Part shown: positions 25,955-33,741 of the stretch, one piece after another
Layout: every line of letters starts with the position of its first letter
Numbering within the stretch: position 1 is the stretch's first letter
Source of the DNA: Verrucomicrobiaceae bacterium
GTDB taxonomy: Bacteria > Verrucomicrobiota > Verrucomicrobiia > Verrucomicrobiales > V1-33
Reading direction: 5' to 3'
NCBI GenBank assembly: GCA_027483175.1
Contig: JAIXVE010000058.1
Span: 7,710-71,709 of the forward strand
Length of the DNA stretch: 64,000 bases
The notes under the pieces: model-generated
Told to the model about the DNA's origin: nothing
Seen by the model: the letters and a program-made list of their open reading frames with translations, nothing else
Databases searched by the model: none
Made by a program: the position numbers and the translations under genes

Positions 25955-27204
25955 GCGAAGTAGCGGCCGGCGTCGGCGAGGATGCGGGTGGCGGCGTTGA
26001 TTTCGTCGAAGGAATTGTAGAAGTAGAGACTGGCGCGGACCGTGCCGGGGAGGGCGAGTTTGCGCATGAGCGGCTGCGTGCAGTGGTGGCCGCCGCGGAG
26101 ACAGAGCCCTTTTTCGCCGGCGAAGGTGACGAGGTCGTGGGGGTGGGCCTGGTCCATGACGAAGGAGACGAGCGAGCCGCGTTCGTGGGGTGGGCCGACG
26201 ATGCGGAGCCCGGGGATGGAGGCGAGGGAGGATTTGAGGGCGGCGGTGAGGGCGGCGTCGCGAGCGGCGATGTGGTCGAGCCCGATGGAGTCGAGGTAGC
26301 GGCAGGCGGCGGCGAGGCCGATGGCCTGGGCGATGGGTGGGGTGCCGGCTTCGAAGCGCCATGGGGCTTCGCGCCATGAGCTTTGGAGGAACGAGACGGA
26401 TTCGATCATTTCGCCGCCGCCGAGGAAAGGGGGCATGGCGTCGAGGAGGCCGGGACGGGCGATGAGGGCACCGATGGCGGTGGGGCCGCACATTTTGTGG
26501 CCGGAGAAGGCGTAGAAGTCGCAGCCGAGGGAGGAGAGATTGACGGGGATGTGGCCGGCGCTTTGGGCGCCGTCGACGAGAGTGGTGATGCCGAGGGAGC
26601 GGGCGCGGGCGCACCATGCGGCGGCGGGGTTTATGGTGCCGAGGGAGTTAGAGATGTGGGTGAAGGCGAAGAGCTTGACGCCGGGTGTGAGGAGGTCGTC
26701 GAGGGCTGATTCGTCGAGCGTGCCGCAGGGGCCGAGGACGGGGACGAAGACGAGCTGGGCACCGGTCTGGGCGGCGAGGAGCTGCCACGGGACGAGATTG
26801 CTATGGTGTTCGAGTTCGGTGAGGAGGATGCGGTCGCCGGGTTTCAGGTTGGCGCGGCCCCATGAGTGGGCGACGAGGTTGATGGCGGCGGTGGTGCCGC
26901 TGGTGAAGACGACATCGCGCGGGGAGGCTGCGCCGAAGAATGAGGCGACGGTGGCGCGGGCGTTTTCGAAGGCGTCGGTGGCGCGAGCGGAGAGGGCGTA
27001 GAGACCGCGGTGGACGTTGGCGTTGTCGTGGCGGTAGAAGTTGTCGAGGGCGTTGAGGACGGCTTCGGGTTTCTGGGACGAGGCGGCGCTATCGAAGTAG
27101 AGGAGTTCCGGGGATTCTGCGGCTCCAGAGATGAGGAGCGGGAAGGACGAGCGGACGGCGTCCCAATTGGGCTCGGGGACGGGGGCCGCGGGGGGAATCG
27201 CCAT
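25951..27204 (-). CDS. sufS: cysteine desulfurase (SufS class)
   Basis: Aminotransferase class V motifs are present: HHSNLVPWQ, the PLP-lysine region FSGHKMCGPT, and the catalytic-Cys loop RGGHHCTQP. The start is set at the internal ATG 27204 (MAIPPAAPVPEPNWDAV). Confidence 0.92.
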   Translation of the reverse strand: MAIPPAAPVPEPNWDAVRSSFPLLISGAAESPELLYFDSAASSQKPEAVLNALDNFYRHDNANVHRGLYALSARATDAFENARATVASFFGAASPRDVVFTSGTTAAINLVAHSWGRANLKPGDRILLTELEHHSNLVPWQLLAAQTGAQLVFVPVLGPCGTLDESALDDLLTPGVKLFAFTHISNSLGTINPAAAWCARARSLGITTLVDGAQSAGHIPVNLSSLGCDFYAFSGHKMCGPTAIGALIARPGLLDAMPPFLGGGEMIESVSFLQSSWREAPWRFEAGTPPIAQAIGLAAACRYLDSIGLDHIAARDAALTAALKSSLASIPGLRIVGPPHERGSLVSFVMDQAHPHDLVTFAGEKGLCLRGGHHCTQPLMRKLALPGTVRASLYFYNSFDEINAATRILADAGRYFA

Positions 27205-27218
27205 GGGTAGGGAGGGGG

Positions 27219-28238
27219 TCAGGCGGAGAACTGGGAGAGGAAGCGGACGTCGTTTTCGATGAGATGGCGGATGTCCGGGATGCCCCATTGGAGCATGGCG
27301 AGCCGTTCGAGGCCCATGCCGAAGGCGAAGCCGGTGACGCGGTCCGGGTGGTAGACCTCGTCGTTGCGGGAGTTGCAGATGGCTTCGAAGACGGCGGGGT
27401 CGACCATGCCGCAGCCGAGGAGTTCGACCCAGCGTGGGGCCTGGCCTTTCGGGGTGAGTTTGACGTCGACCTCGTAGGAAGGTTCGGTGAAGGGGAAGAA
27501 GTGGGGGCGGAAGCGGATTTCGGTATTGGGGCCGAAGAGGGCGCGGAAGAAGTGGGAGAGCGTGCCTTTGAGGTCGGCGAGGCTGACATTGGGGGCGACG
27601 TAGAGCCCTTCGAGCTGGTTGAAGGCGGAGAGGTGGGTGGCGTCGATTTCGTCGCGGCGGAAGGCACTGCCTGGGGCGATGATGCGGACGGGTGGGGCTT
27701 GCTGCTGCATGGTGCGCACCTGGACACTGCTGGTGTGGGTGCGGAGGAGGAGCCCGTTACTGAAGTAGAACGTGTCGCTTTCGTTGCGGGCCGGGTGATC
27801 GGCGGGGGTATTGAGGGCGTCGAAGCAATGCCATTCGGTTTCGACTTCGGGGCCGGTGGCGAGAGCGAAGCCCATGCGGCGGAGGATGCTGACGGCGCGG
27901 TCGAGCACCTGAGTCATGGGGTGGAGCCCGCCTGTGGGGAGGGGACGGCCGGGGAGAGTGATGTCGAGACCGGCGGCCTGGAGGGCGTCGAGGGCGGCCT
28001 GGAGGGCGGATTTTTTCTGATCGATGGCTGAGGAGATGCCGTCGCGGGCCTCGTTGAGGAGGGCGCCGACGGAGGATCGCTGGTCAGCGGGGACCTCGCG
28101 CATTTTGGAGGAAAGCGCGGTGAGGAGGCCTTTTTTGCCGAGGTAGCGGAGCCTGAAGTCTTCGAGGGATGGCTCGGAGGAGACGGCGGTGATTTCGGAG
28201 AGAGCGGTGGCGAGGAGGGCCTTGAGTTCCTGTTCCAT
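27219..28238 (-). CDS. pheS: phenylalanine--tRNA ligase alpha subunit
   Basis: Class II aaRS motifs are present (FRRDEIDATHLSAFNQLEG; GCGMVDP; GFAFGMGLERLAM). The start is set at ATG 28238 (MEQELKALL...LRYLGKKG), because a strong hairpin plus T-run sits immediately upstream. Confidence 0.92.
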   Translation of the reverse strand: MEQELKALLATALSEITAVSSEPSLEDFRLRYLGKKGLLTALSSKMREVPADQRSSVGALLNEARDGISSAIDQKKSALQAALDALQAAGLDITLPGRPLPTGGLHPMTQVLDRAVSILRRMGFALATGPEVETEWHCFDALNTPADHPARNESDTFYFSNGLLLRTHTSSVQVRTMQQQAPPVRIIAPGSAFRRDEIDATHLSAFNQLEGLYVAPNVSLADLKGTLSHFFRALFGPNTEIRFRPHFFPFTEPSYEVDVKLTPKGQAPRWVELLGCGMVDPAVFEAICNSRNDEVYHPDRVTGFAFGMGLERLAMLQWGIPDIRHLIENDVRFLSQFSA

Positions 28239-28243
28239 GGGAG

Positions 28244-28282
28244 AAAAAAGCGGGGCCGCTTCCATGGAGGAGGCGGCCCCGC
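28244..28282 (-). terminator. intrinsic terminator/attenuator hairpin between rplT and pheS
   Basis: On the minus strand the sequence reads GCGGGGCCGC (28282-28273), a 13-nt loop, GCGGCCCCGC (28259-28250), then TTTTTT (28249-28244). This is a perfect 10-bp GC stem followed by a U-tract, 5 nt upstream of the pheS ATG. Confidence 0.6.
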
Positions 28283-28318
28283 TGGGCAAGGGATTTTGGA
28301 GAATCCGGTTACGATGCG

Positions 28319-28708
28319 TCAGGCCGAGGCCTTGGTGGCGGCGGCTGCTTTGGCTTCGAGGCCGGATTTGGCCTGAGCGACCAGCTCGTCGAGGACGGCT
28401 GGGTTGCTGATGGCGAGGTCTGCGAGAGCCTTGCGGTCGAGGTCGACGTTAAGGAACTTCAGGCCTTCCATGAAGCGGTTGTAGGTCATGCCGCGACCGC
28501 GGACGGCAGCGCTGATCCGGGTGATCCAGAGCGAGCGGAAGTTCCGTTTGCGGGTTTTGCGGTCACGGGTGGCCCATGTCTTCGCTTTGAAGAGGGCGTC
28601 TTTGGCGTAGCGGTAGAGGCGGCTCCGATTACCGTAGAAGCCTTTTGCTTGTTTGATGATGCGTTTCCGGCGCTTACGACTGGCCGGAGAGTTGGTAGCT
28701 CTTGACAT
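28319..28708 (-). CDS. rplT: 50S ribosomal protein L20
   Basis: 129 aa: MSRATNSPASRKRRKRIIKQAKGFYGNRSRLYRYAKDALFKA...WITRISAAVR. This is the canonical L20 sequence. Confidence 0.95.
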   Translation of the reverse strand: MSRATNSPASRKRRKRIIKQAKGFYGNRSRLYRYAKDALFKAKTWATRDRKTRKRNFRSLWITRISAAVRGRGMTYNRFMEGLKFLNVDLDRKALADLAISNPAVLDELVAQAKSGLEAKAAAATKASA

Positions 28709-28824
28709 GTTATTTGGGATTTGATCGGGCTGTTTTCAGATGATCTGCGCCGTCTCACCAGATCGAAGGTGCCCGAGGGCACCAGGCGGCGGCAGATTTG
28801 GCCGGAGGAACCGGCCGGTGGAGG

Positions 28825-29034
28825 TCAGGCGAACGGCATACATTCCATGAGGCGTGGCACGTCGACTTGGGCGACGAGCCCGACCTTACGGAGGTTGCGT
28901 TTACGTTTACGGTTTTTGCACTCAGCGAGGTGCCGGCGGCCCTGCTTGCGGCGCAGGATTTTGCCGGTTCCCGTGATCTTGAACCGTTTCACGACGCCTT
29001 TCCTCGTCTTGCTTCTAGCAATTTTCTTTCTCAT
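28825..29034 (-). CDS. rpmI: 50S ribosomal protein L35
   Basis: 69 aa from the internal ATG 29034: MRKKIARSKTRKGVVKRFKITGTGKILRRKQGRRHL. This is the canonical L35 pattern, and the gene lies upstream of rplT. Confidence 0.9.
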   Translation of the reverse strand: MRKKIARSKTRKGVVKRFKITGTGKILRRKQGRRHLAECKNRKRKRNLRKVGLVAQVDVPRLMECMPFA

Positions 29035-29088
29035 AAGAGGGGGCGAAAGTGGCAGAGAACGGAGGAACGGCAACTGGTAATTTGGGAC

Positions 29089-30465
29089 TTATTCACCATG
29101 GGGAGGGGAGTGGGTGGGAGGGATGAACTGGTTGGCGGCGGCGGCGAAGGCGTCGAGTTCTGGTTTGGGGCGGTTCCAGCCGAAGGGGAGGACGGAGGAG
29201 TTGAGGATGATTTCGCCGCGGTAGGAGGGTGAGTTGTTGGAGGCGCTGATGGGGACGACGATGGTTTGGCGGAGTTCGCGGAGGTCCCATGATTCCGAGG
29301 AGGAGCTGGAGCGGGAGGATTTGGTGCGGGTGATGGAGGAGCGGCTGATTTCGATGAGCTGGTGGGAGAAGCGGAGCTTCCATGCGAGGAAGAGGAGGGT
29401 GGAGCTGATGAGGACGCCGAGGAGCGGGCCGGCGCACCAGAAGATCATGAAGGCGGAGGAGAGGAAGCGGAAGGCTCCGGGGGGCGATGGGGAGTCTGGG
29501 GCGACGGTATTGAAGAGCATGCGGAGCCCCTGGGAGAGCATGAAGCTGGTGACGGCGAGGATGAAGAGGCCTGCGATGATGAGAGCGGGGTGCCAGCGGC
29601 CTTGGGATTCGATGCGGAGGACCCCGTCGGGGGCGAGGGGGATGGCGAAGGCGGGCGGGGTGGATGGGGAGAGTTGGTGGGTGGAGGGGGAGGCTGGAGC
29701 GGTGGCGGGGGTGATGGGAGGGAGTGTTTGGGGGAGGAGGGCGGCCTTGAGTTGGGCGGTGAGGACTTGTTTTTCGGGGACGGAGAGTTGGCTGCCGAAG
29801 CGGATTTTGCCTTCGGAGCTACGGATTTCGATGCCGTGGACTGGGCGGTAGTTCTGCTGGTAGAATTCGGTGAGTTCGACGGATTGGATGGAGTTGAGGG
29901 AGACGGTGATGTGTTTGGAGCCGCCGAAGAGGTGCTGGGAGTAGGTGAAGTGGCCGTTGGCGATGGTGAGGTCGTAGGAGATGAAGGCCATGCGGAGGCC
30001 GGCGAAGAACATGCCGAGGCCGATGGCGACGAAGACGGAGATGAAGATGCCGAGGACCCAGCCGGGGGTATTGGAATCGGATTTGTCGGCGAGGAAGGCC
30101 CAGAGGAATATAGAAGTGAAGAGGAGCCAGATGGTGCCGAAGACGAGGATGAAGTTGATTCGTTTTCGGGCGGGGATGTTCCAGTGATTGGAGGCTGGGG
30201 AGGAGTCGGCGGAGATGGTGGAGTCTGGGGGGAGAGCGGTGGTGGGGGGAGGCAGGGCGGTTTCGTCCGAGCGATTGCCGAGGGCGAGGAGCGAGCAGCC
30301 TGCGCCGCAGTGGGGGCAGAGGACGAGTGCGTCCCAGAGGTCGTCGGTGAGGGTGGTCGGGACGGGGATGGGATTAGAGCAGGAGCGGCAGAGCGGCGCG
30401 GGGAGGTTGCAGAGTTTTCGTTCGAGGATGAAGCGCACCGGGCGGTGCCACCATGGGGGATTCAT
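29089..30465 (-). CDS. hypothetical zinc-ribbon membrane protein with internally duplicated 2TM + beta-domain modules
   Basis: 458 aa. The N-terminal CxxC...CxxC (CRSCSNP...CPHCGAGC) is zinc-ribbon-like. It is followed by two copies of a unit made of a TM hairpin plus a soluble domain of about 90 aa. No family recognised. Confidence 0.6.
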   Translation of the reverse strand: MNPPWWHRPVRFILERKLCNLPAPLCRSCSNPIPVPTTLTDDLWDALVLCPHCGAGCSLLALGNRSDETALPPPTTALPPDSTISADSSPASNHWNIPARKRINFILVFGTIWLLFTSIFLWAFLADKSDSNTPGWVLGIFISVFVAIGLGMFFAGLRMAFISYDLTIANGHFTYSQHLFGGSKHITVSLNSIQSVELTEFYQQNYRPVHGIEIRSSEGKIRFGSQLSVPEKQVLTAQLKAALLPQTLPPITPATAPASPSTHQLSPSTPPAFAIPLAPDGVLRIESQGRWHPALIIAGLFILAVTSFMLSQGLRMLFNTVAPDSPSPPGAFRFLSSAFMIFWCAGPLLGVLISSTLLFLAWKLRFSHQLIEISRSSITRTKSSRSSSSSESWDLRELRQTIVVPISASNNSPSYRGEIILNSSVLPFGWNRPKPELDAFAAAANQFIPPTHSPPHGE

Positions 30466-30478
30466 GAGAGGAGGGAGG

Positions 30479-32221
30479 TCAGGGGATGGTGGCGACGCGG
30501 TAGAAGCGGCGGGATTGGTCGTCGGGCGGGCTGGTCCATGAGGTGGAGGGGCCCTGGGATGAGATGGTTGGGCTGGCGGGGGACCATGAGAGGAGGTCGT
30601 CGCTGGATTGGACCGAGTAGGAGGTGTCCGGGAGCGAGTGCCATGTTAGGGAAGTGCGGCGGGTGGCGGCGTTGCGGGAGATGGCGGTGATGGCGAAGGG
30701 ATCGAGGTCGAGCCAGAGATTGGCGGAGGAGACCGAGGCTCCGGAGATGGTTAGGGATCGGGAGACGGGAGGGAAGCCGGGGATGGAGACGGAGAGCGTG
30801 TATGCGCCCGGGGGCAGGTCGATGGCGCCGAAGAAGCCGGTGGCGTCGGATTTGAGCGTGCGCTGGGCGGTGCCGGTTAGGGTGATGGAGGCGCCGTCGA
30901 TGGGGAGAGAGCCGTCGGCGATGCGGAGGAAGCCCATGAGGTGGCCGCGGGAGACGTCGGATTTCCATGGCATGGAAGGGACGGTGACGGGGGAGGGGAA
31001 GGGGGCGGTGCCGCCGAAGGATTGGGCGGTGGCGGCGTCGGTTAGCGAGGCGAGGAACGTGGCGCGCGGGAGGTAGTTGTTAGAGTAGGTGGAGTCAGGG
31101 TTCTGGGTTCGGCCCCATGTGCCGTAGGAGTAGAGGACCGTGCCGGAGAGCGAGCGACCGGAGGGGTTGGTGGTGCGTGCGGCGGGGAGTTGGGTGAGCG
31201 TGCCTTCGAAGCGGTTGAGGTAGTTGCCGAGACCGGCGGCGGCGTGGCGGTTGAACTGGTTGTCGCGGGCCCATGCGGTCCAGCCTAGCCATTCGGAGGC
31301 GCGAGCGGCGATGGTCTGGTCGCGGTAGACCATGGGGATGGCGAGGTCGAGGATGCCTTCTTCGAGCCATGATCGCCAGTCCTGGAAGACACGGGCGTAG
31401 GCGTCGCGTTCGCGCCATGCGGCGGGGCTGTTAGAGGTGGGTGCGGAGCCGTAGGCGATGGTGGCGGCGGAGAGGGTGATGGAGGGTCGGAGTTGCCATG
31501 CGTGGAGACAGAGTTTCCGGACGAGAGCGGAGACCTGGTCGCGGCGGAACTGGAGCCATGTGGAGTCGTTAGGGGCGGGTGTGGTGGAGCGGTTGTTGAG
31601 GCGGAGGAAGCGGGCGACGGTGACTGGGTTGTAGCCCCATGGGTTGGAGCCGATGGTGGCGTTGGCGTCGGTGTAGCGGATGTAGTCGAGGTGGAGGCCG
31701 TCGACATTGTAGCGCCTGAGGATATCCATGGCGACGTCGAACGTGTATTGCTGGACGGCGGGGTGGCCGGGGTCGAAGGCGTAGTTGGCTCCGTCCCATT
31801 GGACCCCGTCGTTGCGCTGGGTGAGCCAGTCGGGGTGGGTGCGGTAGGGGTGGGAGGATTGGGAGGGGAGGGAAGACTGGGAGTTCCAGATATTGAAGGA
31901 GACGATCCATGCGTGGACCTTGAGCGGTTCGGGGCCGGCGTTGGCTTTGGCGATGAGGTCGGCAAGGGGGTCGAAGGACGCGGTGGAGATGTCGGTGGCG
32001 CGGGGTTCGAGGCCGTTGCTGTAGTAGGCGTCGCCGCGTTTTCTGATCTGGACGAAGAGGGCGTTGCAGTTGGCGGCGCGGGCGTCGGCGACGAGCTGGG
32101 AGACTTCGGTGGAGGATTTGAAGCCTGCGTGGAAGGCGTCGACCCAGAAGCCGCGGAGTTCCTGGCAGCGGGCGGCGGCTGGCAGGAACCATGCGAGGAG
32201 GCAGAGCAGCGGGCGGCGCAT
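30479..32221 (-). CDS. GHL10-type (family-10-like, YngK-like) glycoside hydrolase with C-terminal beta-sandwich domains
   Basis: The start is at the internal ATG 32221 (MRRPLLCLLAWFLPAAARC signal peptide). The block LRGFWVDAFHAGFKS...NALFVQIRKRGDAYY...HAWIVSFNIW...DPGHPAVQQY...DGLHLDYIRY is typical of the GHL10 family. The C-terminus carries a CarboxypepD_reg-like segment (GFLRIADGSLPIDGASITL). Confidence 0.75.
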   Translation of the reverse strand: MRRPLLCLLAWFLPAAARCQELRGFWVDAFHAGFKSSTEVSQLVADARAANCNALFVQIRKRGDAYYSNGLEPRATDISTASFDPLADLIAKANAGPEPLKVHAWIVSFNIWNSQSSLPSQSSHPYRTHPDWLTQRNDGVQWDGANYAFDPGHPAVQQYTFDVAMDILRRYNVDGLHLDYIRYTDANATIGSNPWGYNPVTVARFLRLNNRSTTPAPNDSTWLQFRRDQVSALVRKLCLHAWQLRPSITLSAATIAYGSAPTSNSPAAWRERDAYARVFQDWRSWLEEGILDLAIPMVYRDQTIAARASEWLGWTAWARDNQFNRHAAAGLGNYLNRFEGTLTQLPAARTTNPSGRSLSGTVLYSYGTWGRTQNPDSTYSNNYLPRATFLASLTDAATAQSFGGTAPFPSPVTVPSMPWKSDVSRGHLMGFLRIADGSLPIDGASITLTGTAQRTLKSDATGFFGAIDLPPGAYTLSVSIPGFPPVSRSLTISGASVSSANLWLDLDPFAITAISRNAATRRTSLTWHSLPDTSYSVQSSDDLLSWSPASPTISSQGPSTSWTSPPDDQSRRFYRVATIP

Positions 32222-32382
32222 GGGTGATCGGGTACTGCGTGTGGAACGCGTGCGGGGGATGATTGGGGAGATTGGGGTAAATGAAAGGCGGAAGTTCCGG
32301 GGCGGGGAATTGCGGGGTTTTGGCGTTGTGTGGAGGCGATGGGTGGCGGAAAGGGAGGGAATATTAAACTGAGCCAGAAGAC

Positions 32383-32946
32383 ATGAATCCGCCGCCGATG
32401 CCGCCTGAGAATTCCGGAATGCCGCCAATGATGCCGTCGCATGCGCCGGAGCCGCCGGTTTGGAAGACGGAGCCGCCGCCGCCGAGCAGTGGGGGCAAGT
32501 GGGTGCTTTACGGGTGTGGTGGGTGTCTTTCGCTGGTGGCGATTGTGGCGGTGGTGGGGTGGATCGGGTTCAGCAAGCTGATGTCGACGGTGAAGGCGTC
32601 GCCGGTTTACAAGGCGGCGCTGGCGGAGGTGCAGCATTCGCCGGCGGTGGTGGCGGAGATCGGGGAGCCGATCAGTGAGGGGTTCATGTCGATTGGGAAG
32701 ACGAGTAAGGACGTGAGTGGTGAGAGTGGGGAGTATACTTTTATGGTGAAGGGGCCGAAGGGGGAGGCTCTGGCGATGGTGCTGGGCGAGAGTGGGACTG
32801 GGGGCGTGGTGAAGTTGAGTCGGTTGACGGTGACGGTGGCGGCGACGCAGAAGGTGATTGAGCTGGTGGCACCTGCGGCGGCTGAGGCGAAGGAGGAAGG
32901 GAAGGCAGTGCCGGGGGATGGGAAGGCGTTGCCGGGGGCGGATTGA
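32383..32946 (+). CDS. hypothetical membrane-anchored protein (Coa1-like domain suspected)
   Basis: 187 aa with a Pro-rich head and one TM helix (CLSLVAIVAVVGWIGF). The following segment is SPVYKAALAEVQHSPAVVAEIGEPISEGFMS...GEYTFMVKGPKGEA, a pattern I associate with cytochrome-oxidase-assembly-protein-1-like domains. The assignment is weak. Confidence 0.45.
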   Translation: MNPPPMPPENSGMPPMMPSHAPEPPVWKTEPPPPSSGGKWVLYGCGGCLSLVAIVAVVGWIGFSKLMSTVKASPVYKAALAEVQHSPAVVAEIGEPISEGFMSIGKTSKDVSGESGEYTFMVKGPKGEALAMVLGESGTGGVVKLSRLTVTVAATQKVIELVAPAAAEAKEEGKAVPGDGKALPGAD

Positions 32947-32956
32947 ACGGTCGAAT

Positions 32957-33511
32957 GTGGTGGAAACGGCGCACGGCATTCTGATCCGGCGGACGCTGCT
33001 GACGGACACGAGTCTGATCGTGCACTGGCTGACGCGGGAGCAGGGGATTGTGCGGACGGCGGCGAGGGGGGCGAGGCGGCCGGGGAGTGTGTTCGGGGGG
33101 AAGCTGGATTTGTTTTATTCGGCGGACATTGCGTTTGTGCGGGGGCGGCGCGGGGACCTGCACGCGTTGCGGGAGGTTGGGGTGACGGCGTACCGGCAGG
33201 GGATTCAGGGATCGTATACGCGGGTGCTGTGTGCGGCGTATTTTGCGTCGCTGATTGATCTGGTGGTGGAGAAGGATGCGCCGGTGGGCGGGTTCCATGA
33301 TTTGCTGCGGCGTGGGCTTGACTGGCTGGAAGGGCATGAGCCGACGGCGGCAGCGGTGAGGTTTTACGAGAAGGAAGTGGCGGTGGAGCTGGGGATTCAC
33401 GGGGAGGCGGGCGTGGCTCCGGCGGACGCGATTCTGGGGATGTTTCACCGTTTGCCGGAGTCGCGCGCGGCGCTGATGAGGCGGCTGGGGGGAGGGGGAT
33501 TTGAGATTTGA
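32957..33511 (+). CDS. recO: DNA repair protein RecO
   Basis: About 184 aa from GTG 32957 (VVETAHGILIRRTLLTDTSLIVHWLTREQGIVRTAARGARRPGSVFGGKLDLF), the canonical RecO OB-fold N-terminus. The stop codon 33509-33511 lies inside a GATTTGA heptamer array. Confidence 0.8.
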   Translation: MVETAHGILIRRTLLTDTSLIVHWLTREQGIVRTAARGARRPGSVFGGKLDLFYSADIAFVRGRRGDLHALREVGVTAYRQGIQGSYTRVLCAAYFASLIDLVVEKDAPVGGFHDLLRRGLDWLEGHEPTAAAVRFYEKEVAVELGIHGEAGVAPADAILGMFHRLPESRAALMRRLGGGGFEI

Positions 33512-33525
33512 AATTTGAGATTTGA
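33498..33525 (+). repeat. heptamer array (GATTTGA GATTTGA AATTTGA GATTTGA)
   Basis: Four tandem 7-mers read directly from the sequence. TGA triplets at 33502, 33509, 33516 and 33523 fall in all three frames. The array contains the recO stop codon. Confidence 0.95.
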
Positions 33526-33741
33526 GAGGGGACAGGCAGGCGCACACTGGGCGCAGAGAAAGCTGTGATCTGACCTGAGACGAGAGCACGCCGGCGGGTT
33601 TTGGAGGGGGGCATTTTTTGGGTAGGTGTGCAGGCAGGGTTTTTGGGATTTGGGGGCGACGGGTTTGGGGTTGGGTGGTATCTGATGGGGACTGATTGGA
33701 TTGGGGATATGTGTGACCGAGCCAAAGGAATTAGTGAGGGG

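Noticed and set aside
28239-28289. Longer pheS start at 28289 (MPSGAASSMEAAPLFSP...), or a Phe-rich leader peptide for attenuation as in E. coli pheM.
   Set aside because: The extension would have to be translated through a perfect 10-bp GC hairpin plus T-run. The short upstream peptide contains a single Phe, so there is no support for a pheM-like leader.
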